IMG/VR virus record: IMGVR_UViG_3300010283_000096
Coordinates: 1-5,455 of that record
Reading direction: 5' to 3' (one strand)
Origin: a virus
Lineage: Duplodnaviria > Heunggongvirae > Uroviricota > Caudoviricetes
Length of the DNA stretch: 5,455 bases
A program made the position numbers and the translations under genes. This document shows, in pieces, positions 1-5,455 of this stretch (position 1 is its first letter; each line of letters opens with the position of its first letter). Under the pieces are notes generated by a model, which had not been told where the DNA came from, made no database searches, and saw only the letters and a list, made by a program, of their open reading frames with translations.

Positions 1-81
1 CAGGCGTGGTACATGGATATGATGTGCGAAGCGCGTGGCGCGGCGGATCTGTATACGCAATCGGCTTTGCAAAGGGGATGA
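1..81 (+). CDS. 3' end of an upstream gene (partial, N-terminus outside window); product not identifiable
   Basis: Frame 1 is open from base 1 to a TGA at 79-81 (translation ...QAWYMDMMCEARGAADLYTQSALQRG*). The other two + frames are not consistent with a gene ending here. The next gene starts 3 nt downstream in a coupled arrangement. No recognisable motif in the 26 visible residues. Confidence 0.4.
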   Translation, partial: QAWYMDMMCEARGAADLYTQSALQRG

Positions 82-84
82 GCA

Positions 85-426
85 ATGAGGGGGATTATTT
101 TTCTGTTAGCTGTCTTTTCTGCGTGCAGCGCGTGGGCGGATGGCTTCACGGTTAAATGCGGTGGCTACACTATGGTTGCAAACCAGGGCGAGTTATCGAC
201 AATCAACGGTGAAAGAGTTACCTCTCAAAAAATCACCGAACTGGGTACCAATGGTTTGAAAGTAGACATGGGGCTTATGCCAGCCAAAGACGGTAACAAC
301 TACGGCTTTGAATACATTCGTCGCCCTGGTACCGAAACGCGATTCCTGAATGTGCAACTGCTGCAGAACAGCATGGATGCGCCGAAAATCATCGGTTCCT
401 TTCCATGCAAAAAGATTGTTGATTAA
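85..426 (+). CDS. Small secreted protein or putative lipoprotein (113 aa), unknown function
   Basis: ATG at 85 is preceded by a Shine-Dalgarno-like AAGGGGA (72-78). The N-terminus MRGIIFLLAVFSACSAWADG is a typical signal peptide (positive residue, hydrophobic core). It has two possible processing sites: an AXA signal peptidase I site (AWA|DG) and a weak lipobox-like FSAC. The mature part is hydrophilic with no further hydrophobic helix. GC is similar to the tail genes (about 60% in a sampled block). Confidence 0.7.
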   Translation: MRGIIFLLAVFSACSAWADGFTVKCGGYTMVANQGELSTINGERVTSQKITELGTNGLKVDMGLMPAKDGNNYGFEYIRRPGTETRFLNVQLLQNSMDAPKIIGSFPCKKIVD

Positions 427-443
427 TCACTCGTAATTATAAT
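416..443 (+). promoter_or_regulatory. Putative sigma70-type promoter for the 480..719 gene (-35 TTGTTG 416-421, 16-nt spacer, -10 TATAAT 438-443)
   Basis: A perfect TATAAT hexamer at 438-443 with a TTGTTG -35-like hexamer 16 nt upstream, overlapping the stop codon of the preceding gene. The predicted transcription start near 450 leaves a ~30 nt leader containing AAGGA (464-468) before the ATG at 480. Sequence-only prediction. Confidence 0.35.
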
Positions 444-479
444 GTGATACTTCTACTTTCACGATAAGGAATTTGTCGC

Positions 480-719
480 ATGTTCGGATTTGATAAATTA
501 ATAACTCCAAAAATCATCAACGTTCTGTATGGCATCACAATGTTACTTCTGGTTGTTGCCGCCATTATAACGTTTGTTAATGGGAAGGCTGCTGGCGCTT
601 TAGTGCTTTTGTTATGTGCTGTATTTTGCCGAATATTCTTTGAGTGCATCATGGTTTCATTTAAAAACAATGAGTATCTTCGCCGAATAGCTGAAGCGTT
701 AGAAGCAAACAAGCAGTAA
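480..719 (+). CDS. Small two-helix inner-membrane protein (79 aa), DUF4282-like; moron-type accessory gene
   Basis: Two hydrophobic helices (INVLYGITMLLLVVAAIITFV and ALVLLLCAVFCRIFFECIMVSF) are followed by a charged C-terminal tail (KNNEYLRRIAEALEANKQ). The N-terminal FDKLITPKIINVLYGI matches my recollection of the DUF4282 small membrane protein family (from memory, not searched). GC is lower than neighbours (about 32% in a sampled block). The gene is flanked by a promoter-like signal and a strong terminator. Confidence 0.65.
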   Translation: MFGFDKLITPKIINVLYGITMLLLVVAAIITFVNGKAAGALVLLLCAVFCRIFFECIMVSFKNNEYLRRIAEALEANKQ

Positions 720-735
720 TGAAACTTCAATAATG

Positions 736-759
736 AACCCGCCACCCGGCGGGTTTTTT
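736..759 (+). terminator. Rho-independent terminator (stem CCCGCC/GGCGGG, loop ACCC, followed by TTTTTT)
   Basis: CCCGCC (738-743) pairs perfectly with GGCGGG (748-753) around a 4-nt loop, extended by two A-T pairs, and is followed immediately by a six-T run (754-759). It lies 17 nt after the stop codon of the 480..719 gene. Confidence 0.8.
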
Positions 760-778
760 GCTTTCTGGAGCCTACCAA

Positions 779-1531
779 ATGGCAGTATCTGACCAGACCC
801 GCAGCGGCGACCTTGCCGAAACATTCAAATCTGAACGGGAAACAACAAAGAATCAGATCCGTGTCGCCTTGCCTGGCATTATTCAGTCATTCGATCCTGA
901 TGCGGTGACGGCGGTTGTGCAGCCTGCTATCCGTTCGGTTGAAAAGGATAATGACGGCAACCGCATTACCAAAAATTACCCGTTGCTGGTGGATGTGCCA
1001 GTGGTATTCCCGCGCGGCGGAGGATGCACGCTAACGTTCCCGGTTAAAGCCGGTGATGAATGTTTGGTGATTTTTGCCGATCGTTGTATTGATTTCTGGT
1101 GGCAGAGCGGCGGGATACAGGAGCCGGTTGATGACAGAATGCATGATTTATCGGATGCGTTTTGTATTGTCGGTCCCCAGTCGCAGGCGAGGAAGATTAG
1201 CGGTATTAATACCAGTGCCACACAGTTGCGTAGTGACGACGGCAGCACCTATTTTGAGCTTAATCCTGATACCAGGAAAATTAAAATTGTCGCTCCGGGG
1301 GGGCTTGATGTGGTTGCCCCCCTGGCTGATTTTTCTGAGAAAGTAACCATTCATGGCCTGTTAACCTGGATGGGTGGCATGGTGGGGTCTGTTGTTTCTG
1401 GTGTGGCTTCAAAAATCACTGGTGCTGTTGAGTTCTTGGGGAGCGTGAAGGCTAACGGCAAGCCAATCGATGATACGCACACTCATGGTGGTGTTCAGCG
1501 CGGTGGAAGCAATACCGACGGAGTAAACTGA
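779..1531 (+). CDS. Baseplate central spike/hub protein, gpV-like (P2 gpV / phi92 gp138 class), about 250 aa
   Basis: The N-terminal half (RVALPGIIQSFDPD...VDVPVVFPRGGGCTLTFPVKAGDECLVIFADRCIDFWWQSG) has the character of the gpV/gp5 OB-fold domain. The C-terminus carries a Gly-rich stretch and a His-x-His apex motif (DDTHTHGGVQRGGSNTDG), comparable to the P2 gpV C-terminus as I recall it. The ATG at 779 with GGAG (765-768) about 10 nt upstream is preferred over the TTG at 758 given by the ORF track, which sits inside the terminator T-run. The stop overlaps the next start (TGATG). Confidence 0.8.
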   Translation: MAVSDQTRSGDLAETFKSERETTKNQIRVALPGIIQSFDPDAVTAVVQPAIRSVEKDNDGNRITKNYPLLVDVPVVFPRGGGCTLTFPVKAGDECLVIFADRCIDFWWQSGGIQEPVDDRMHDLSDAFCIVGPQSQARKISGINTSATQLRSDDGSTYFELNPDTRKIKIVAPGGLDVVAPLADFSEKVTIHGLLTWMGGMVGSVVSGVASKITGAVEFLGSVKANGKPIDDTHTHGGVQRGGSNTDGVN

Positions 1532-1884
1532 TGCGATACAGACGTGAAGACGCCGATGGCGATTACACCTTTGGCAGCGGTGATGACACCTGGCTGATTA
1601 ACTCACCGGAGGCCGTGGCACAGGCGGTAAAAACGCGATTCGAATTGTGGTATGGGCAATGGTTTCTCGACACCACCGAGGGGACTCCGTGGATCCAGTC
1701 CGTACTCGGTAAGCAGAAGCCGGAAACCTACAACCTGGCGATCCGTAAGCGCATCCTCGAAACGCGGGGCGTTAAATCAATCCTCTCTTTCAATACGACG
1801 GTGGATACCACGACCCGACGTGTCAGGTTTTCCGCTGAAATCGACACTCTTTATGGAATAACGACTGTTACATCGGAGGCGTAA
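1531..1884 (+). CDS. Small baseplate-associated protein (117 aa), positional equivalent of P2 gpW / Mu gp46 / gp25-like wedge subunit; family not confirmed
   Basis: Coding is well supported: GGAG lies 8 nt upstream, and both ends are coupled by overlapping stop/start codons (TGATG at 1529-1533, TAATG at 1882-1886). The size and position between a gpV-like and a Baseplate J gene are typical of gp25/W-like proteins. I do not recognise canonical GPW motifs in the sequence, so the functional call is positional. Confidence 0.6.
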   Translation: MRYRREDADGDYTFGSGDDTWLINSPEAVAQAVKTRFELWYGQWFLDTTEGTPWIQSVLGKQKPETYNLAIRKRILETRGVKSILSFNTTVDTTTRRVRFSAEIDTLYGITTVTSEA

Positions 1885-3083
1885 TGACTCTGAACCTTGA
1901 TTCTCTCGGTTTATCTGCAAAGGTAACCGCGGAGGGGATCAGTGCGCCTGATTATCAGACGATACTCAGCACCCTGATTAGCTATTTTCAGCAGATTTAT
2001 GGTAGTGATGCCTACCTCGAACCGGACAGTAAAGACGGTCAGATGGTGGCTCTGATGGCGCTGGCGATTCATGATGCCAATAATACGGCGATAACTGTCT
2101 ACAACTGTTTTTCACCGGCAACCGGCTATGGGGCTGCACTGACCAGTAACGTGAAAATAAATGGTATTTCACGTAAAGGCGCGACGAACTCTACGGTTGA
2201 TTTGCTTCTTACAGGAACTGCCGGAACAACCATCATTAATGGCAGCGTGAAAGACAGTAATAATGTGATATGGCGTTTGCCTGCTTCAGTGGTGGTCGGC
2301 GTGGATGGTACAGTGATGGTGACCGCAAAATGTTCCGTCAGTGGTGCAGTGGCGGCGCTGGCTGGAACTATCACTGAAATTAATACGCCAACCCGTGGCT
2401 GGGTTTCGGTAACCAATCCTGCTGCAGCTACTGTAGGCACTCCGGCAGAAACTGATGCGGAGTTACGTATCCGCCAGTCGCAAAGTGTTGCGTTGCCATC
2501 AATAACCCCATTTGAAGCACTGGATGGTGCTGTTTCTAATGTTACCGGGGTAACCCGCCACAAACTCTATGAAAACGATACTGGTTCGGAGGATGGTAAC
2601 GGGTTACCGCCACACTCTGTTGCTGTAATTGTGGATGGCGGTGATGTGACGGATATTGCTCAGGCTATCAGAGGGAATAAAGGCCAGGGGACAGCCACTC
2701 ACGGTACAACATCCGTTACGGTTCCGGATAAATACGGCAATCCCCATGTAATCAAATTCTCGCGTTCCAGTGATGTGCCTGTTTATGCCCGGATTAAATT
2801 AAAAGTTTTTACGGGTTATACCTCACAGATAGGGCAGCAGATCCAGCAGGCTATTTCCGACTATATCAATAGTCTGATGATTGGTGATTCGGTCCTTTTA
2901 AGTCGCATTTACTCACCGGCGAATCTTGGCGTGGTGAGTGGCGGAAATGCACGCTATTACGATATTCAGGAACTGACGATTGGTAAATCCCCGGGGGCTT
3001 TGTCGTCATCAAACATTGATATCAGATATAACGAATCTGCGTCCTGTGCCCCGGAAAATATCGTTATAACGGTGGAGTCATGA
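1884..3083 (+). CDS. Baseplate wedge protein, Baseplate J family (P2 gpJ / Mu gp47 / T4 gp6-like), 399 aa
   Basis: Size, position after the gpV-like and small baseplate genes, and overall sequence character match Baseplate J-family proteins. The start is coupled to the upstream gene (GGAGG 1876-1880, TAATG overlap) and the 3' end overlaps the next gene (ATGA at 3080-3083). E. coli e14 jayE is a remembered analogue. Confidence 0.8.
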   Translation: MTLNLDSLGLSAKVTAEGISAPDYQTILSTLISYFQQIYGSDAYLEPDSKDGQMVALMALAIHDANNTAITVYNCFSPATGYGAALTSNVKINGISRKGATNSTVDLLLTGTAGTTIINGSVKDSNNVIWRLPASVVVGVDGTVMVTAKCSVSGAVAALAGTITEINTPTRGWVSVTNPAAATVGTPAETDAELRIRQSQSVALPSITPFEALDGAVSNVTGVTRHKLYENDTGSEDGNGLPPHSVAVIVDGGDVTDIAQAIRGNKGQGTATHGTTSVTVPDKYGNPHVIKFSRSSDVPVYARIKLKVFTGYTSQIGQQIQQAISDYINSLMIGDSVLLSRIYSPANLGVVSGGNARYYDIQELTIGKSPGALSSSNIDIRYNESASCAPENIVITVES

Positions 3084-3760
3084 GCAAATACACCGAACTA
3101 ATCACGAACTATCACGCCACCAAACCTAAATTTCTTGCACATGCTGATCTGATGACCAGGCCGCTTATTGATGTTGCGGCTGCCACCAGAGGGCTGATTA
3201 CTGCATTTGATATTGACTCTGCGGTTGGTGTGCAACTTGACATTCTGGGATTGTGGATCGGACGTAGCCGTGTTGTCAGCCAGCCTATCTCAGGTGTCTA
3301 TTTCAGCTGGGATACCGACGGGCTTGGATATGATCAAGGTGTATGGCAGGGGCCATACGATCCTGATTCCGGATACATGTACCTCAGCGATGAAACTTAT
3401 CGTGTCATCCTTAAAGCGAAGATTGCGATTAATAACTGGGACGGACGGAATGATTCGCTTCCAGCAATTCTTGACGCTGCAACAGCAGGATCAGGGCTGC
3501 GAATGCAGATAGTCGATAACCAGGACATGACGATATCGGTCTGGGTCTTTCCTGATACTGATATTTCAGATGTATCGCGTGAGTTAATTGCGGCAATTAA
3601 ACAGGGGTATCTAACAGTAAAAGCCGCCGGGGTATGGGCGGGGGGCATTGAAACACCTTCGGTGGAAACTCCATCGGAAGGCTCTAAATTTTTTGGTTTT
3701 GATATGGATAACGAATTCATCAGTTGTTTTGATGTAGGGGCATGGGGAGTATTACTCTGA
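3080..3760 (+). CDS. Baseplate wedge / tail-fiber attachment protein, gpI-like (P2 gpI / Mu gp48 position; possibly DUF2313/YmfQ-like), 226 aa
   Basis: The ORF overlaps the Baseplate J gene by 4 nt (ATGA) and sits immediately upstream of the tail fiber gene. This is the conserved position of gpI-type proteins that follow Baseplate J in P2/Mu-type baseplates. Family membership is inferred from synteny and size, not from a recognised motif. Confidence 0.65.
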   Translation: MSKYTELITNYHATKPKFLAHADLMTRPLIDVAAATRGLITAFDIDSAVGVQLDILGLWIGRSRVVSQPISGVYFSWDTDGLGYDQGVWQGPYDPDSGYMYLSDETYRVILKAKIAINNWDGRNDSLPAILDAATAGSGLRMQIVDNQDMTISVWVFPDTDISDVSRELIAAIKQGYLTVKAAGVWAGGIETPSVETPSEGSKFFGFDMDNEFISCFDVGAWGVLL

Positions 3761-4464
3761 TGGCGAAAAATGACTTTAAAGCGTTTGCAACTGATCGAAA
3801 TGCCAATGTTATGTCGCAGGAGGAATGGGAAGCGTTGCCTGCGCTTATATCCGGATTTACAGCAGGGAAAGCATCCAGTGCGCAAGTCAATAAGGTTATT
3901 CGGCAGGCCAGCTTTATTGCTGCAGCTCTGGCCCAGTTTGTAAGTGATAAAACGCAACGGGATGTGCTTGATAATGGTGATCTGCCCGGTTTTGTTGAAT
4001 TGCTGGGATCGGGGTTTGCTGTTGAATACCTGAGCCGCAAGAATCCGTTTGGCGATATCAAATCGGATGGCACGGTGAAAACGGCTCTCGAAAACCTTGG
4101 TTTGGGAGAAGCGGCAAAACGGAATGTGGGGACAGGGGAAAATCAGATCCCCGATATGAGTTCTTTCGCTTCGTTGAGCGGTGAATCGGGTTACCAGCGT
4201 CTCCCAAGTGGGAGGCTTATTGTCTGGGGACGTGCGATGGTTTCCTCATCTTCAAATACGATTACGCTTATTGCTTCTTTTGACAATACAAATTATCGCG
4301 TTATTGTATCCGATACCGGATCTGGCTGTATTCCGTACGGTGCATCACCGTTAAGTGGTTCGACATTCAAACTGACCAGAGCTGGTCGTTCCTATAATAG
4401 CGATGGAACGTTACAAACAATCTCTGGTCCATCTGCTGTTAATTACATCGCAATAGGTAATTAA
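3760..4464 (+). CDS. Short tail fiber / receptor-binding protein (about 235 aa)
   Basis: It is immediately followed by a Tfa-type chaperone gene and preceded by baseplate wedge genes. The C-terminal half is Ser/Gly/Thr/Asn-rich ([42 protein letters not shown]...), typical of fiber distal domains. The ATG at 3760 (GGGGAG at 3744-3749, 10 nt upstream; overlaps the upstream stop as TGATG) is preferred over the in-frame ATG at 3742, which lies inside the previous gene. Confidence 0.75.
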   Translation: MAKNDFKAFATDRNANVMSQEEWEALPALISGFTAGKASSAQVNKVIRQASFIAAALAQFVSDKTQRDVLDNGDLPGFVELLGSGFAVEYLSRKNPFGDIKSDGTVKTALENLGLGEAAKRNVGTGENQIPDMSSFASLSGESGYQRLPSGRLIVWGRAMVSSSSNTITLIASFDNTNYRVIVSDTGSGCIPYGASPLSGSTFKLTRAGRSYNSDGTLQTISGPSAVNYIAIGN

Positions 4465-4465
4465 T

Positions 4466-4867
4466 ATGTTTTATTCTAAGAGTGCCAACGGTTTTTTCGA
4501 TTCTTTATCTGCTCTTCCCGATGATTCATTAGAAATATCCGATGAGAAATATGCTGAAATGATCGAGGGTATCGAGGCAGGAAAAGTTTTATCTTCAGAC
4601 CATGAAGGCTATCCAGTTTTATCAGATCTTAAGTTGACAAAGGAACAGCAAATCAGTGAGGTAATGATTGTTAAAAATGGCAAAATTGCAGATGCTATGT
4701 CAGAAATTAGCGTATGGCAAACAGAGTTACAATTGGGGATCATAAGCGATAACGACAAAGTCAGTCTGATAAACTGGCTTTTGTACATTAAAGAACTGCA
4801 AGCCGTTGACACTTCAACGTCTCCTGACGTTATATGGCCTATGCCTCCGATAGTTCAGGACAGATGA
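4466..4867 (+). CDS. Tail fiber assembly chaperone, Tfa family (lambda Tfa / P2 gpG / Mu gpU class), 133 aa
   Basis: The C-terminal motif SLINWLLYIKELQAVDTSTSPDVIWPMPP closely resembles the conserved Tfa C-terminus (lambda Tfa ends ...[29 protein letters not shown] as I recall it). The gene starts 1 nt after the fiber stop codon. Its GC (about 37% in a sampled block) is lower than the baseplate genes, consistent with a swappable host-range cassette. Confidence 0.85.
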   Translation: MFYSKSANGFFDSLSALPDDSLEISDEKYAEMIEGIEAGKVLSSDHEGYPVLSDLKLTKEQQISEVMIVKNGKIADAMSEISVWQTELQLGIISDNDKVSLINWLLYIKELQAVDTSTSPDVIWPMPPIVQDR

Positions 4868-4873
4868 TATCCG

Positions 4874-4905
4874 ATGCACTGGAACAATAGATACATCCAG
4901 TGCAT
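4874..4905. repeat. Perfect 10-bp inverted repeat (ATGCACTGGA / TCCAGTGCAT) with a 12-nt spacer, between convergent genes; possible terminator hairpin or protein-binding palindrome
   Basis: Arm 1 (4874-4883, ATGCACTGGA) and arm 2 (4896-4905, TCCAGTGCAT) are exact reverse complements. The repeat lies 7 nt after the Tfa stop and about 45 nt from the stop of the convergent minus-strand gene. There is no clean T-run on either side, so it is not a canonical intrinsic terminator. Confidence 0.5.
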
Positions 4906-4948
4906 ATAATATTAACTGTTCAGTAATTAATACAGATAATCTTTAACT

Positions 4949-5455
4949 TTAAATATGTGCGTACATTTTTATTTTTTTGTAAATTGGTATGGTGATATAA
5001 TATGAAGCCATAAAGCAAATCGCGGTAAGCATTATTACCTGGATTCCATTCGCTGGCGCTAGTTTTATACCAAACAAACTACCTGCTTCGGTAATTAATA
5101 ACTTTATTGTTTGTTCTGTGCCACATAGAACTAGCGTATTTCTACCTAATTCATAAAAAGGTTTAAATACAAGTAATCGAGACACAAAAATAGACGAGAT
5201 AATTAATGAGAATGTTATAGTAATATTAATCACAGATAATATATATTTGTTGCTTGAAATAGCATAAATATCCTTAACCCCAAACATATATAGATATGAT
5301 GAAACCAAAACACTAATTGTGATTGCTAGTAAAAATCCAACACCATTCATTATAAATGACTTGGAACTTTGCAGGATATAACTAGATAAAAATTTTCCTA
5401 ATGAATAATACAGGAGATATACAAGGGCGCTGTCAACGTTAAAAAAATAAGCAGG
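4949..5455 (-). CDS. AT-rich gene for a polytopic integral membrane protein (C-terminal 169 codons visible; N-terminus beyond the window edge), unknown function
   Basis: The minus-strand ORF stops at 4949-4951. Its reading frame remains open upstream of the ATG at 5350 through to the window end at 5455 (no stop codon when I translate 5351-5455 in frame), so the gene most likely starts outside the window. The protein is very hydrophobic with at least three predicted helices (GFLLAITISVLVSSYLYMF, ILSVINITITFSLIISSIFV, IQVIMLTAICFMASYYITIPIY) and is rich in I/L/F/Y/K/N. Local GC is about 25%, against about 55% in the tail genes. Confidence 0.65.
   Translation of the reverse strand, partial: PAYFFNVDSALVYLLYYSLGKFLSSYILQSSKSFIMNGVGFLLAITISVLVSSYLYMFGVKDIYAISSNKYILSVINITITFSLIISSIFVSRLLVFKPFYELGRNTLVLCGTEQTIKLLITEAGSLFGIKLAPANGIQVIMLTAICFMASYYITIPIYKKIKMYAHI

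Noticed and set aside
85-719. The lipoprotein and two-helix membrane protein as a lysis cassette (o-spanin or holin)
   Set aside because: The 113-aa protein lacks the short proline-rich character of Rz1-type o-spanins and is not embedded in or next to an i-spanin gene. The two-helix protein has holin-like topology, but a holin normally precedes an endolysin, whereas here it is followed by a terminator and the baseplate operon. Not excluded, but a moron or accessory role fits the layout better.
437-778. 113-aa minus-strand ORF antisense to the DUF4282-like gene and spanning the terminator
   Set aside because: It runs through the terminator hairpin and T-tract. It has no SD or hydrophobic/secretory features and a low-complexity basic composition. 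The + strand gene has a coherent two-helix architecture and expression signals. Judged a shadow ORF.
758-778. TTG start at 758 for the gpV-like gene, as given by the ORF track
   Set aside because: TTG at 758-760 lies inside the terminator's T-run with no SD. The in-frame ATG at 779 has GGAG about 10 nt upstream. The true start could only be settled by N-terminal proteomics or ribosome profiling.
3742-3759. ATG at 3742 as the start of the tail fiber gene
   Set aside because: It lies 18 nt inside the 3' end of the gpI-like gene and would place the GGGGAG SD within the coding sequence. ATG 3760, overlapping the upstream stop, has proper SD spacing.
976-4812. Multiple alternative-frame and antisense ORFs inside the tail genes (976..1248 -, 1074..1346 +, 1148..1354 -, 1652..1861 +, 1978..2172 -, 2126..2563 -, 3207..3512 +, 3397..3957 -, 3720..4073 -, 4609..4812 -)
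   Set aside because: All are nested within longer ORFs that have strong synteny, translational coupling and family-typical sequence. Their translations are Arg/Ser/Pro-rich or low-complexity, as expected for out-of-frame readings of GC-rich coding DNA.
4917-4934. TGT-N12-ACA dyad resembling P2 Ogr / P4 Delta late-activator binding sites
   Set aside because: Three-bp arms with a fixed spacer are expected about once by chance in 5 kb. It sits between two convergent stop codons with nothing to drive, and no -10 element is appropriately positioned.
3760-5455. Gin/Pin/Cin-type invertible tail-fiber segment (alternate fiber/Tfa pair in inverse orientation plus invertase)
   Set aside because: The minus-strand gene after Tfa encodes a hydrophobic membrane protein, not an inverted Tfa or fiber C-terminus. 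No convincing 26-bp crossover site with paired half-sites was found in the fiber gene, and no serine invertase gene is in the window.
1-5455. CRISPR arrays, tRNA/rRNA genes, IS elements or integrase/att sites
   Set aside because: No regularly spaced direct repeats, no tRNA-like cloverleaf candidates, no terminal inverted repeats flanking a transposase-like ORF, and no integrase-like ORF were seen. The only notable repeat is the single palindrome at 4874-4905.

Overview
This 5.4 kb window is mostly a contractile-tail baseplate and tail-fiber module of a prophage or tailocin (Mu/P2-like organisation). On the + strand, six tightly coupled genes run from 779 to 4867: a gpV-like central spike, a small baseplate protein, a Baseplate J-family wedge protein, a gpI-like wedge protein, a short tail fiber and a Tfa-type tail-fiber assembly chaperone. 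Upstream of this operon sit the 3' end of an unidentified gene, a small secreted or lipoprotein gene (85..426), and a small two-helix membrane protein gene (480..719) that has its own promoter-like signal and a strong intrinsic terminator. Downstream of the chaperone gene, after a perfect 10-bp inverted repeat, GC content falls sharply (roughly 55% to 25% by hand count) into an AT-rich region carrying a convergent minus-strand gene for a polytopic membrane protein, which runs off the window edge. That AT-rich gene and the two small upstream genes are the best candidates for uncharacterised accessory functions. No rRNA, tRNA, CRISPR array or IS/transposase was recognised. All family assignments are from reading the translated sequences and recalling family hallmarks; no database search was run.
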